DNA from: Podarcis cretensis
Lineage: Eukaryota
Length of the DNA: 64,000 bases
NCBI GenBank assembly: GCA_951804945.1
Contig: OX638153.1
Location: forward strand, 15,810,001-15,874,000
Direction of reading: 5' to 3'
Positions 25,404 through 40,460 of the stretch are shown in pieces. The position numbers were made by a program, and so were the translations under genes. Positions within the stretch are counted from its first letter, which is position 1. Every line of letters begins with the position of its first letter. The notes below the pieces were generated by a model. The model was given only the letters and a program-made list of their open reading frames with translations. It had not been told where the DNA came from and did not search any database.

Positions 25404-27170
25404 ACCAAATACTGGAGAGTTGGCTGTGCCAGAAATGTATGTGAGAGTTGAGAACACAGTGTCTTAAAAGCTCCTTTAATTGTTTGCCAAGCCTCCCCCT
25501 CCCCAGATCAGAGAATAATAGTGTCTGCTCTGCAGGACTTTGCAGAAGCTTGGGCCAACACATTGCAGTTGGGACTTATTGGCAGTCATGAGAGCTTGCA
25601 TGTGCTTGCCTGTGCTGGTTGCAAATTCTGTGGAGTCTTTGCAAATAGGATGAACTGGCACTTTGTTGTATTCTGACTCTCTGTGCCATATAGCAGAGGT
25701 GGGGAATCTTTGGCCCTCCAGATATTGCTGAACTAATACTCCCATAATCTCTGGCCATTAGCCATGATTGCTGGAGCTGTTGGGAGCAACATCTGGAGGA
25801 CCAAAGGTGCTCCACCCCTGCCCTGCCATACAGGTGACAGGTTCCTGATGCAAAATGTTAGAGATCAGATTAAACATATCCTGGAAATTAGAAGATCTAA
25901 GTATTCCCTCTCAGCTCCGACAAATTGTTCTTTATGTGCTTTTAAAAAAGATCTATGTTTGGACTTTGGCATCAGTTATGTACACTGAAGCATTATGTAC
26001 ACTGATATTAGTGTTTTGTGGTGCAAACATTTTGCAGGAATCAGGGTGGGTTGATTTAAAACAAGGCAGTATAAATCAGTTTTCCAATTTTCCTGAGCAA
26101 GCATGCATTCAAATTAAAACATATTCGGTTGGATCCAGACTTAGTCATACTCAGACTTGTTCAGATGAATGGGTCTTGAGTTAGTCCCACTGATTTAACT
26201 GGACCTACATGTGTGTCTGGATCCAGCCCATTGATTTCTAACTGAAATGTATATTTCAGAACCTTTAATCTTGCAGCTCTCATGCCTTTTGTACTGTAGA
26301 ATCATGTTTTGCTCATAAACAAGGCATGCATACATGCAAGATACCAAGACTGCTTACTGCTTAAAGTCTTAAGATTCCATTCCATGTGCACCTTTAATTA
26401 ATTTCCTTGGGGAGACCCGTTCTTGTGTTGCCACCCTACAGACCTCTCCTGGAGGAGGCGCACAAAGAAAGGCCTCAGGTGATTAGAAACAAGCCCCACT
26501 GAATAAAGTGGAAGTTACTGCTGAGGAAATTTGCATAAGGTTGGGCTCCAAAAGGTGTCACACACTGTCCATAAATAGCATTTGTTAAATTTTATTTTAT
26601 TTTTTTACTTGCTCCAAAATTGCTTTGGGACTTTTAAGTGGAAAATAATATACAAATTTAATAAACCTTAAACCTTCTTCATGAGATGAAAGTCACTGTG
26701 TGCTATCTTTCGTCAATTGCAGGGGCTTAGGTAGTTTGGCAATAAACTAGGAGTAAAAAAATCATTCACATGGGCTCAGTGGATGATCCTTGTGAGATGC
26801 AGGACATTACCTGGATTTACTGTCATGGTTTGTTCGCCGCTGGCCCCAGCATTAAGCTCTAAAGTGTGGACATCAACTGCTGTACCATGCATGCTTTCCC
26901 CACAGCTTTTTCTATATAAGGAAACAATTTCAGTTTTAGTAAATTAATATATTCAGAATTCTTTTGAAACCATGTTAGTTTTATGAGAAGGTATTTATAA
27001 CTGAAATATGCATATACCTTTACTTTTTTAAAAAAACCAACCCATTTTTTTTTAATCCACCCTGATAGGAACACTTCCTTCTCATAGAGATACTTGGAAT
27101 GCAAGTAATTTGCAGAAAGGAAATTTCATGGACAGTAGCAAATTTGATTGATTTGGATATCAGTGTCTGT

Positions 27171-27355
27171 AGGGACTTCAGCTCAGTGGTGGAGTGCATG
27201 TTTTGCATGAACAAGATTCCTGATTCAGCTCTTGGCATTTCCAATGAAAGGTAGCAGAGCTAGGAAAATTATCTGAGGCCCCAGAGAGTCACTTTCAGAG
27301 AAGATAGCAAGTCTAGCACAGGACTGTCTATCTGAAACAATGGAGAAGGCAGTTT
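27171..27355 (+). mobile_element. tRNA-derived Squam3-like SINE, degraded
   Basis: AGCTCAGTGGTGGAGTGCATGTTTTGCATG A-box head, degenerate B-box, AAGGCAG 3' end. Confidence 0.6.
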
Positions 27356-27664
27356 AATATCTTCATATGAACACTTCCACCTATGAACTCTTCCTGCCTT
27401 TTAACAATTATCAAAGCAGCTTTTAAAAAAACCCTTCTCATCTTTAGGAAGTGCTGGAAGGGGATTTCTTCCTATTTCTTAAGTTAACTAGTAAAGGGAA
27501 TGCCATAATCTTTAACAGTACAGTGGTGTGGATTGATGTACTTTTCATCCTAGTTGGCAGGGATATTGTTGCTCTTGGCAAAACACTTTTAGCTAATGAT
27601 TGCCCTTCTGTTCTCTGTCCAAGGATACAGATTTCTGTGTATAAAACCCAAGATAGATTATCTA

Positions 27665-28445
27665 TTTATTGTTTATTATCATTCACCTTCCATGCATATA
27701 TATCTCAAGGGTGGTGTGTGCAATATAATAAAAATTAAAACTAGTTAAAAACACCACAAAAATAACAAGGTGGATTTAAAAACAATTCAAAATACACACC
27801 CATGGCAGAGACCTATTCATCCAGTTGAGAAAGCTTGTTGGGAGGAAATGTATTCAGTTGTTTCCAGAAAGTGCAGATATTGGACGCCTGTCGTAAATTG
27901 ACAGGAATACTGTTCCATAGAACAAGGGCAGTCATACCGAAAGCTCTGAGTTACCATAGAGTAGGTTTCTTATATCTTTGAAATGTGAAGTAGACGCTCT
28001 TCTGCAGACTGCAGTGACCTATTGACTTATATGAAGGATAAGAAGGTATTTCAAGTAACCTGGTCCTGAGTTGTAGAGGGCCTTATATCAAAACCCTGAA
28101 TTTGGCCTGGTAGCAGATTGGCAGCCAGTTCAAATCCCGCAAGGAAGGAGTTAGATGCTGGTGGTTGTTTGACCCCACAAGCAGTGAAGCTGCTGCATTC
28201 TGCTTCAGTTGCATTCTGTTAACCAAATTCAACAGTAACCTCAAATAGAGCACATTGCAGTAAGGTTGAGGTTATGAGTGCATGGACAACTGCTGTTAAA
28301 CGTTCCTGATCCAGGAATGGTGATAGCTGTCTTAGTAGCCCAAGCTGGTAAATGGTACTCCTAGCAACTGAGAACACTTAAACGTCCAGTGATATCCACA
28401 AGAACTTCCATACAATGCATCTGCTCATTCAGAGAGAGTGCAACA
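27665..28445 (-). mobile_element. Degraded L2 3' region
   Basis: GCTGCATTCTG..CAGTTG, AGAGCACATTGCAGTA and GTTATGAGTGCATGGAC blocks match the antisense L2 C-terminus. Confidence 0.6.
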
Positions 28446-29391
28446 CAGCCTCATGTTTGTTGCTGTTGTTGTTGTTTTTCTCCTCGGCCCCTCTGCATTT
28501 TTTCCTATCTAGTCTGATGGGAAACGTCTGGAAAACTTAACAGCATCTTTACTATTTTGTGACATTTTGTTTTGCCTAAATGTATTGTCCTGATAAGGAT
28601 ATTGGAACCTTTCGTATAGGTTAACATGTCTAACAACTTTAAAATAAAATAAAAAACTTTTAAAACCCTGTATAAGTTGGTTTCAGCAATTACTTGTCAC
28701 TCGTAGACCTGCAAGATTGATAAGTGTGTTCCTATAGACTACAATCACAGGGGCTAAATATATTAATTTATGGTACTTGAAGGTAAATGAATCTCATGCC
28801 GCTCTTTAGCCTAATCTTTTACTGTAAAAACTGTACCACTCAAATGTGTTTCTCTAAGTAATTCTGTTGCTTAAATCCAATTACTGTATAGTGCTTTTGA
28901 AATCAAGTTTATGTTGGCTGCAGGGCAAAGCATTTTGAGCCTTGTCAGGACTCACTTAGACTCACTGGTGTACATTATGTAGATTGTTTTAAGAGTGATT
29001 ACTGTGATTCTAGAGCACTTGGTATACTGTATTTATTTTAAAGAATAATGAAACGAAATAGATTGCTTTGAAAGGCAATAACATTCTCTCATAAGAAAAT
29101 GGGAGTGTATTTCATTACTCTCTGATGTCACAGGAATTCTTTGCAAAGATTTTGTGAAACTAATTTTCTATACCTGGAAGAAAGTGAAGGCCAAGGTCCT
29201 TGAGAGGAACAATGTGGGTTTATGTATGTGTTTCAACCTCCCTCCAGAATTTTCCCTTTTTCCAGTGGAAAGTGAGAGAACCTTTTATGAAACACTTCCT
29301 CTTTTAGGAGAATTAAAATGATTTAAGGCAATGTTTTAAAATATTGTTTTCAGTTTGTAGTATCTGTGTAACCCAATTACTATATTGAGTA

Positions 29392-29634
29392 CAGTCGTAC
29401 CTTGGACCCCAAACACTCGGACATTTTGACTCCCGAACGCCGCAAATCCAGAAGTGATTGTTCTGGTTTGCGAATGTTATTTTGGAACCCAAACGTCTGA
29501 TGGGACTTCCACAGCTTCTGATTGGCTGCCGGAGCTTCCTACAGCCAATCAGAAGCTGCAGTTTGGTTTTCAAACATTATGGAAGTCGAATGGACTTCCG
29601 GAATGGAATCCGTTCAACTTCCAAGGTACGACTA
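29392..29634. mobile_element. Tc1/Tigger-like MITE
   Basis: TA|CAGTCGTACCTTGG...CCAAGGTACGACTA|TA. Confidence 0.85.
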
Positions 29635-32600
29635 TAATTGCAATTCCTATAGCTATGCAGCTGTCAAATACCACCGTCTCCAAATTTCTGCATCATGTGA
29701 AAGAATCTGAATTGTATGTTTTCCATATATAAAATTTTCAAACTAACGAAACACCATGTGCAGTATCACATCCTGGTGTCCATTTATTGCAGAATAAAAA
29801 CTTAAATATGAGGTTAATCAAAAAATATACATCACCATAACAGATATTTTTAACAGCAAGGGTTATAAAATAGTTGTGTCTTACTAGACCTATATCACAC
29901 AATGAAAGAGTTTTCAACATTAAAACTCTGAAATTAATATCAGCAACTTGCCTTTTTATGTTCCCCCAACAAGACATTTCTAATAAGCACATGCCTCTTT
30001 CTTTCAAGTCCTAACTTTGTTACAGTAACAATACTAACATAATCAGAATCTATGCCAAGCATAACTGTTGTAAAGGACATTGAGAGAGATCATATACTAT
30101 CATGAAACAATTACCATTTTGAAAAGCAAATTTTGAAACAAAATATACAAGGCATACTTTAAGTAACAGTTTCATAGAACCAAGGACTATTTTGCCAATT
30201 AATGTATTAGTTTTGTGTTTGCCTGTGGAGTGAACTAAAATGTTTCATTATGGTCTGTGCCTCAAAGATCTTGAATGTAAGCTTCGCTTCTCTGATCAAC
30301 ATGAAGCTGAAGCTTGTTGCTTTAAGCTAGTACGAGCAGCAAGGATTCCTCTTGCAAGGTCATGTAACAGCTATTCATGCAAAAATGTGGGTTGTGCTTG
30401 GAGGGGCTGAGGAAATTCTAGTACTTGGACTAATCTGATATTGGCTCTGAGGCAGTTAAGTAATACCTAGCATAATTGTGCAGGAAAATTTGCAATAAAG
30501 GACCTGCACTGACTGCCAATTTGCTACTGGGCAAAAGTTCAAGGTTTTATTGTTAATATATAAAGCCCTAAACAACTTAGGACCTGGTTATTTAACAGAC
30601 CACTTTATCTCATACAGCTGTATTTGGTCACATTTCCTTCTAATACATACCATGGACCAACACTTGTTTCTGACTCATTTTTATTTAGACAATCCTTCAG
30701 TGAGTAATGATTATGCTTTTTAATTTTTGATTTTGTAAGTCCTCCATGAAACCCACCTGGCCAATTGCAAGTAAGAGATAGCTCTCCTTTACAACATTTG
30801 TAGTCACATATATACCTTGGTCGTTGGTAATGCCACACATAATGGGCCTCAACTATTTGTATTAGATGGTACCCATGGGGTAGCTCAACAACCTTCCTTT
30901 TCCTTGTAGTTTGGTGAAGTGACAATCCTACAGCTACCTGCTGCAGCAGGACACATGTAGACTGCATATTTTTGGTAATTTCATGCTTGAACATCATGGC
31001 AATATGCAGTTGTGATGTGCTCATGGCTGCTTACTTCATTTCTTTCCGATAACATGCTTTCCACCCCACCACAAACAAGCCATCTAAAGAATGAATACAC
31101 CTCTGGTGGAGCATCCTCTTTACTTACATCTATGGATCCCATGAACACTCAAATCTTTGCTTTAGTAATAGATTTCCAAAGGACACACATCAAACAAACA
31201 CCTCATATTCACTAATATTTTTGTCTTACAGGGGTTCATGCTCACATGTTGTTTTTCTTGCCAAAGTTTGATGAAGGCCACAGTTGAGGCTGTAAAAGCA
31301 TGGATTTCCACCCAGTGTTTTGCATTTAGCATCTTTACAACTGTTAATATTGATTCAAATGTAGTGCAAATTCCACCAGTGCAGTGACATTTCCAATGCT
31401 TCTCTTCTCCCAATCTTTTCTGGAGGATCCCTCAACCCCTTGCAGCAGATTTTGAGAGCTTGCAAGGCTGCAGGAAGAAATTTCATTCTTCCAGCACAAG
31501 ACTCCTGCGCTAGTGGAACCGGGAGTGTTGTATACCACCCTTAGAGCATACCATTATGGTTAATTTGAGTCATGAATGGTTGCTGTAAAATCATAAATCA
31601 ATGTTGTCAATATTCTGGACAAGGTGACCATTTTGAATGCCCTCCCTTCTGCCGTCCATAACACTTGTGGGTATAGCAAAGTATGGATTCTGAACTACTG
31701 GGTGGCGGGAGGAAGCAGCTTCAAGAAAAAAGTGCTTCAATATTATACCACAAATTTCCCACAGAACCCACAGATATAACCTACTGCTCGACTGCTTCCA
31801 GTGCCAGGCAATTTGTATGTGTGTGTGTGGGGGGGGAGGGGTAGTGGCAAAAAGAAAAAAGAAATTTGTTCCAAAGACTGTGGGGGCAGGGTAGGCAGTT
31901 TCCTAGATTTTTAAAGAGATTTTCTGTCTTCCCTTACCTTAATCTTAAGAGGTGGATGAGGCTGTTTTCTTTCTCTCCCCCCCCCCTTTTTTAAAAAGTA
32001 TGGTGGTCCTCTGTATTTCCAGCTGCCCTCTGGTACTGCTTGAAATGGGAGTTACAATCCAAAATATCTTGAGGGCACCAGGTTGGGAAGGGCTGTTATC
32101 TCTCTGTCCCTACCCCAGTTTAGATTACAAGCCACTTAGGGACAGAAACACTATACAAATAAAAACATGACTTTTAAGGCAGTGCATACAGAATTCAGAT
32201 TACTTTTCGTCTTTCCATTGTTGTGGCATGGAACTTCATTTAAAATGCCTGGTGTTTTAAATATATGGTCCTAAGACCAATTAAAAACTGCCTTGCAGAT
32301 GAAAACAAAAAGCGTGATGGATCTTTAATTGAACATGACAGCTGTTCATTTTAATTACTCCTGGATCAAAACCATCTTCCTGAATGCTTGTTATCAAGTG
32401 ATTTACCTAAGGAAATAAGATGAGTGATAAAAGGGTTCCTATGAAAAGTAACTGGTTTATTTTCACTGGAGATTCTATCCCTTTTAACTTAAAATATAGC
32501 CAAGTTTGATTGTCTCTTTTGTTATTAAAGAACTATTGATATATTGCGGAAAGAAACAGTGTCCTCTCCTCTAGTTATGTTGTGCAGGTTTCATGACAGA

Positions 32601-33155
32601 TCCCTCTGAAAACATTGGTATTCCTGTAACCTTTGAGAGATATGTGTAGAGTATATTAATGAGCACTACTTCCAAGTGATGTACAGTAACTTCACTCTCA
32701 GATAAAAACAGATGTGAATGATTCTGTTTTAATATTTAATTAGGCTCTAGGCCTCTGTTGGCTTGTTTAAGCTGACCTGACAGTGTTATACCTGGAAATA
32801 CTTCAAATTAAATGCTGAGTACTTGACCTTGTTCAAATAGTTGTAATTTAATAAGCCTGATACTTCTTTGTGGAAGTACCATGGATAATGAGAACTGTTC
32901 TTTGGCAGGATTTGCTTGCCTTTGAAGGGAACAATTTGCTGCATGCCTCTTTTTAAAGTTTATCATCTGAAAGGTAGTATTCTATTTATTTATTTAATGG
33001 AAGAGTTGTAGAGTGATAAAGTGGCTCCAAAGTTAAGTTCTTGATCTCGCGGCAACTAACACCAGAAATGGAGAGCTTGAGGCCCTCCAGATGTTATTTT
33101 ACTGCAGCATCTGTCTTCCGTGCCGTTCACCATGATAGTTGGAGCTAGTGACACT

Positions 33156-33290
33156 TCATAGAATTGTAGAGTTGGAAGGGACCCTGAGGGTCATCTAGTC
33201 CAACCCTTTGCAGTGCAGGAATCTCAACTAGAGCATCCATGGCAGATGGACATCCAACCTCTACTTGAAAACCTCCAATGGGAGAGAGTC
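33156..33290 (-). mobile_element. CR1 3' end fragment
   Basis: TCATAGAATTGTAGAGTTGGAAGGGACC...TCATCTAGTCCAACC. Confidence 0.85.
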
Positions 33291-36200
33291 GTGATACAAC
33301 AACACCGGTTGGGCCACAGTTTCCTCATTCCTGAGTTACACACATGGAATTGATGCCTACACAGAGCCAGTTTCAGGAACATTCTAGAGCTTTAGCCAGG
33401 AACATGATTCTCATTCCTCCTTTCCTCAGGAGGCAACTTAAGCCAAACACATACATACAGCATTGGCTGGGATCATTCTTTTTGCTTCTCAGCTCTTCCG
33501 TTAGAAGTAATTGAGGATTTAAGCTATATTTCTGTAGGAAGCCTTTCCACTTGTATTTTTTCATACTTTGTTTCTAATATTGTTGGAACATGTTCCATAG
33601 TTTTTGTTTTGTTCTCTCCTTTATCTGCACTCCTATTCTGAGGCCTTGTCCCTGCTGCTCTTAGGAACCCTTCCCTGCCTGTTTCACTGTCCTAAACCAA
33701 ATCCCCATCATATTTCTGAAGGGGAAGGAAGACTTGGGGTGGGAACGCTTACTGGAAACAGAAGATGCTTTGCTATCCTCTCCTTAATTGGAAATGATGC
33801 TCCACTCATCTGCATTCTGATTTTTCATGAAAAACCTAAAGGGTTTGGCTTTTTCTTTTTGCATTTTCCAGAAATGTTTTGGGGGAAATGACTTAAAAGA
33901 GCCAAAGGGAAGTTTGTCCATCATTAGCTATGTCAGGTTGTGTCTGAGCTCTCTTTCTCAAGGTAGTTTTCTGCCATTTAAGGGAAAAGGTTTGTTGGCA
34001 TTAAGTATAATTTAATCCTTCTGTGTGGTTACTTCTCCAGGTTAAATGAGTAGTTAAGCTTTTTCTAGAATCTCTCTACTTTTGGCTGGCCTTTTAAAAT
34101 CAATTGAATAGTTCCAGTTGTTTCTGTATCTTAAACCCTCTCTGTTTATATCAAACCTGTTGAAATAAAATTACTTGGCACAGTTGTAAAGGGGATTGAA
34201 AAGTGTACAATGTAGACATGCCAGGTGTGCTTTGCTTCTGCGGTTCTCTAGAGCTTGGTAGAACTGTTGGCTCCATTTTATAGTTTCCTTCAGTGTGAAT
34301 TTGTTGACCCAGATGTAAGACATCTGTATTTTGGCATTCTTTGACTTGCATTTCCTAATATTTCGCTGTTTTATCACTCCTACAGTCTCACTACTTTGGT
34401 GAGTAGTATTACACATCTGGGTATTGCTTCTCCTTTCAGCTAAAGTGGCTTACAGTGAAATACCCAAGTTTACTTAAAACAGTTATTTGAAACAGCATGT
34501 TTAAAATATATCTGAGTAAAACCTATTGAAGTAACATGCAATCTTCATTAGCTCAAATTTAATTTTTATAAGTGTCTTTTATGCTGATTATTGATCAATC
34601 ATGACTTTGGAATTTGCTTCTAATGGTTCCAGCTGTTGTGAGAAGAAATCCCAATTGGGGGCTTGCTTACGAACACATGTGAAATGTGTTAAAACATTAC
34701 TCGATGTATTTTTCCTGCTGTGGTAGGCAATACAGATAACATCTGTAAACGCTGATTAAAAGAATGGTCTCCCTCTACCAGAATTTAGACAATTAGCATG
34801 ATGTAGCTTGACGGGAATATTCTTTATTGTGCATAGAGTGGCCTCTGCCTATTGTTGTAAGATGCCTTGGGTCTTTTTAAGAAAAAGACATAGAAGAAAT
34901 CTAATAAACTAATCTTAAGTGTTATTCAGAGCATGGATGGGTAGGATCTAGCTAACATGGTTCTGTGACACAAAACCCCTGTGGGGGAGCTGCTGTGTGA
35001 GCTGATGGTATCAACAGTATCTTGCATTTGACAGCAGAATGTCCTTGTTACTATTGATTGAGCTGCTTGGTCAAGTGAAAACACATTGATCTATCCTTTA
35101 AACTCAGCTGTATGAAAATTTAGAGATGTATATATTATGTCTTTGAACAGTGGGAGTTACAACCCTTTAAGAGCTTTCATAGTAAATCTAGTCCAAATTG
35201 GTCACATGGAATATGTATCTATAATGATTCTGAATCATTCTATATTTTACATACTAATTTCATCACTCCTTTAAAAAATGTGGCATTTAAAAAATTAATA
35301 ATTTGCTAAACTAAATGATGGCCAAGCAGTGACTTTGGTGGAACTCACTGGGTGACCTTGGGCAAGTTACAGCCTCTTAACCTACCTCACAGGGTCATCG
35401 TTGTGGGGATTAACTGAGGAGGGGGTGAAGCATATACTTGGAGAAAAGGATGGGATGTAAATGAAATAAATAAGCTCTTCTGCTTACCTGCTTAAGAAAG
35501 CTAGAGGGGCCAGCCAGATAGAGGTGTCACTCGCCAGCCTGGCATCCAAAGATCTCCGTGTGGTCCCAATTGAACCTGTGCCAGTTGCAAAACATGCCTG
35601 GCTAATTTCTTAACACAATCACAGGGCCATAGTAAATGCTCAGGTGAGGCAGCAGTGATGAAGACAGACCTTGATGTTTCTGTGTTCACATTCCTTGGAT
35701 TATTACTTAACACAACTTTTGCTGTTAGATTATTCCAGCTCTTTTTCCCAGGGTTGCAAACTTCATTCACATATTACAACTGATATTCTCCGGGATTTGT
35801 CTCTAAGGTTTTGTATCTGATATTAAGCAGGTGTTGATTAACCTCTGTCCTGTGATGGATCAGTTGCTAGACTGTAGTTTCTGTATGGTAGCTGAGAAAC
35901 TATCCCAAAAGATACGATTGCATGAAATATAATGTCAGGCGGATGACAAGTCTGCTTGTGGCTGGTGAATTTTGAAATACTGGTGTCCCTGCCCCCCTTT
36001 TTAATAGGCTGAAGTGGCTAAAGTATGGTCCCTCCAGCGGTTGTTCCCAACTCCTTTGAGCCCCCATCAGTGTGGTCAATGGTCAGGATGATGGGAAATC
36101 CACCCCTGGTTATAACATCAACCTCACCATTTGAAATCCTTATAAAATGCCCTGCGTAGTAAAAGTTCGTTTGGTACTTTTAAAAATAATAGTAGTAGTC

Positions 36201-38370
36201 TCTCCCCTCTCCTATACTTTGTTGATATTACTTTTCAGGTATAGATTTATGTCTCTTATAAGTTGCTATGTTTGGCAGAGGATGGAAAACAAGTCTGTAA
36301 AATTATGTAATGTCTGAAACTTTGTGTTTATGATTAATTAGGTTATCATAAAATGTGTTTTTGTGTGCTGAATAATTGGGTCATACTTTTTATGTGCTCA
36401 GCTGCAGACTAAGGCTTTCAGCCTGGTTCTAGTTACTTTAGTAGGCTTTCTTGTTAAAACTGTTTTTCTAACTGGTCTTTGGAACACAGCCTTCAGTATG
36501 TTCAAACTAATGTAATTTAAATTATATTGACATTAGTTCATAAATTGTGGATACTGGATTAGTTGGCTTAGCTTCTGTATTGCTGTTTGAGTTTTAACCA
36601 ATCATTTATTGATGTTGTATTAAACTTGCTTTATAGTTGTATCCTAGTTGTCGTAGTTCAGATTTTATCTGGTCAGTAAAGTAATTTGAAATGCTCTGAC
36701 ATCTGGCACACCAGTCTAAGCACAATTCCTTCTGCCTAAGGGGTTTCTATTTCAGGACAGCATCTTTTGTATCCAGAGATTTACTCTGTCATGCATGAGA
36801 TGTATTTTCCAAAATAAGGTAACTATAGTCACATAGGTGACTGACTGGCTGTGTGAAGATAAGTTGAATTGGTTCTTTAGAAGAGTGCTGTGCTTTCTCA
36901 GAATTTGAATACACCTCAAAAATCTACTGGAAAAAAATCACTGGGTGTTGTAACCAGATGTGTTTTCAAGCAGGCACCCATCTGCTGAACACACAGATTG
37001 GTCCAGGGCATAGGAGTGAGGTGATCTTGAAGATAACTTGGCCCTAAGGTGTTTATAAAAGTAAGACCTTAACCTTGTTCTGGTAGCATATAGGCAGCCA
37101 GTGCCCTTTAGCTGATGGTAGGTAATTTCTGTTACACATCCTTTAATATACTGTCTGTTTTATGAAGATATCTCATTGAAATCGTTGTTGGAGTTAAGGA
37201 AATATTTGACTCAATTGGATCTTTTATTTCTGCAATTAATAGATTGAGGGGCTTTTTAATAAAAGTTTTCTAAATACAATGGGATTATGATTGGGAAAAC
37301 ATTGATTTAATATTTGAAATTCTGGCTTAAGTGGGGGTTGTTGTTTTTTACTTGTCAGTGACTGCAATAAAACTTTGATTTGTTGATAGGTCTTCCTGTC
37401 TCTCAGAGTTAAAATGTAAAGTCTGTTCACGATTCTTCTGCTGTTCACAGAAAAATCATAGTATACCTGTTATCCTTCCACGTCTTCCTCTACTATTATA
37501 GCATTTCTTTTCATGGTTTTGTACTCATTTCATTGCATGCTCTCTGTTCTTCGTTGGTTTTGCCTCTTCTCAAACACCAATCTTATTAAACCACCACACC
37601 AATCTCGATGCTTGTGTGCTCATGATTCCTTATCTATTTACTTCTCCCCTTAAATAGTCAGCTTCCTCGTTTTAAGGAATTATTAAAAATGGCCTTTTCT
37701 CTCTCTTTTTTATTTCCCTCTTGATACTGGGTTGGATCCAGAGAAATCAGTAGTTTCAGTAGAAGATGACTTTGCCGCTCTCTCCTCTCACCCAGTGGCC
37801 CCCTGAAAAGACCTCTCTTGAGGGTTGTGGGACTCTGCTAAACTGGGCGGACTGTGGCACAGGGGGCTCTACCAGATAGTAGGAAGGGAGCTACCCTGTG
37901 GTGGCTCCACAGTTGCATAATTTATGAACCCATACATGTGAAAATAGTTCATGTGTAATTTAAGAATGACAGATACTGATCTCTTTGTGGATGAGGGGAA
38001 TATTGTCTGGTTTTCATGAAAGAAAAGAGTTATTATAAGCAGCTTTCTCTGTTCATGAACTTGTTTCTTAATTTCAGTCTCCACAGCTATTTCTTGGTAT
38101 TCAAAACTGTGTGTGTATTAAAGAAGAAGAACCAAAGGTTGACAGATGATTTTTACACTGAAGTTTTTTCAGTATTCTAAGAAAAAGCACCAAACTGGTA
38201 TTAATATCTAGTATTAGTAAACTAGATTAAGGATATTTTCATACTGCATTGCCAAACAAAAGCCTAACATGTTTTAATAAAAGAGAATAACATTTTGAGG
38301 TCACAAAAACAGGAAACAAGATTCTGTATGCAAGAGAACCAATAATTGATTCAACACTTTCTTTCCTTAG

Positions 38371-38706
<336 letters not shown>

Positions 38707-40204
38707 TAGTTACCTTTTTAAAAAAAAAATGTTTAAAATAATTTAATGTGCTTTATAGCCACATCTGCTGGAAGAAATTGAGATTTTAATGTTTATACAT
38801 CATTCAGCACCACAAATATACGTTAAGTCAACTACTATGTGACTTCCAATCAGTTTCACTATGCCAGCTTTTGGAAACTGTCCGAATATACCAGTTACTC
38901 ACAAAGACACATAACAAGAAAAGTATCTTTGGGACAGAGAAATTTGGTGTGCTTAGTTAGCCCTGTTGTATCCCCCCACCAAAGCCACATTTCTCCCCTA
39001 TGAGGTTCAAAATGTGCATTTTCCATCCCCAGCCATTAAAATGGTATATAAAAATGAAATGTTTATTGTCATTCCTGTGCTTTTGTGCTTGATAAGATTC
39101 TTGTATAGTTCTTTGACTTTCTTTGTTAACTTTCTTTTTATCTTATGTATTTTGGATAAGACCAAAAGTGAACTCTAAAAATTATTATTTAATTATTACT
39201 TAATTATTACTACTGTCACTTTTTCCTTCTTAGCACTTATTTTGTTTTATGAAAAGCATTGAGATGTTAGGATAGTCTATTATGCCTATGAAGAAAGTAA
39301 ATTCCTCCTATGTGAACTTGAAAGCATTCCTTTTCAAATCAACCCTTGCTTGCTTTTCTTTTTTCTTTTATCATTTTAAACTTGTGGGGCTCAGAACTAG
39401 GATTGCCTGCTTTGGTCCTGAAATATCTATCTATTCTTGCCTGACTTTTGGTGATGTGGGTGGGTACAGTAACCAGCTTTCAAAGCTAAATGGAAAGTGA
39501 CACGCGCTAACCCTGGAAGGAGGTCAGAATTTTGTTTTCTGAGCATCTAATTCAGGTACAGAAGGTTGAATGCTGTAATCCTTATGTTTCACAATCGTTT
39601 AGTGCTTGTGAAAGAATTGAAAGACGTAATGATAGAAGTTCTGCTATGATATACGCAAAAATGGCATACAAGGCAGTGAGATACAACTGAAGAATGTGAT
39701 ATTTTGGTCCCCAAAAAGGCCTTTATCTCATAGAGAAGAGAAAACCATTTTGACTTTACTATGTGGTATATCCATATCATGGGGTTGGTTTGCTGGGTTG
39801 TTCTTTAGTTGTAAAATACATACTGCTCCTGGTTTTTGTCTTAGCAGCGGAGATGGTTGTCTTCATTTCAAGTGTTAAAGAACTGAGTTGTCAAAACCTG
39901 TCCGTTTTGTAGAATAACTTTTAAGGGCTACTTTTCCCCCTTCATGTGTATTTAAACTTTATGGGCTGTAACTTTTACTCAAACTAGACTCATTGAAATG
40001 AATGACTATGACTAACTTGGGCGTATTAATTTCAATGGGTCTTCTGAGTCAAATTTAATTGAATATAACCCAATGCCTACATGTGCTTCGTGTATCACAT
40101 AGGTAAACACTGGTCTTGCATAGTGGCCCCAAACATTGGGATGGAATTGCGTTTGCAAGCCTTACAGTTTAAGACTTAAGAATTTAGCGGGGTGGGGATG
40201 GGGT

Positions 40205-40460
40205 AATGCAACAGTAAACCACGGTTGAGCAAATTAGTCTGTACATGAGCTAGTGCACACAGCTTAAGCACTCGCACTTTTCTTCTCCCTTTCTCCAGTG
40301 GGGAATCAAACCACAGAGTGACAAGCTGAGCATTTCCCTGCTGGAGGATCCCTGCTGGAGGAAAGGAGAAAAGTAGGAGAATTCAAGTTGTGTCTATGAG
40401 CAGGCTGCTTGTGTACAGACTAATGTGCTTAACTGCAGTTTATAGTTTAGCTTTGCATCT
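40205..40460. mobile_element. Old fold-back (palindromic) non-autonomous element
   Basis: ATTAGTCTGTACA / TGTACAGACTAAT and other inverted blocks. Confidence 0.55.

Noticed and set aside
27171-27245. tRNA-like sequence
   Set aside because: It is a degenerate SINE head without an intact cloverleaf.
29738-30140. Possible degraded LINE C-terminus on the minus strand
   Set aside because: Only faint motif resemblance; not supportable without a profile search.
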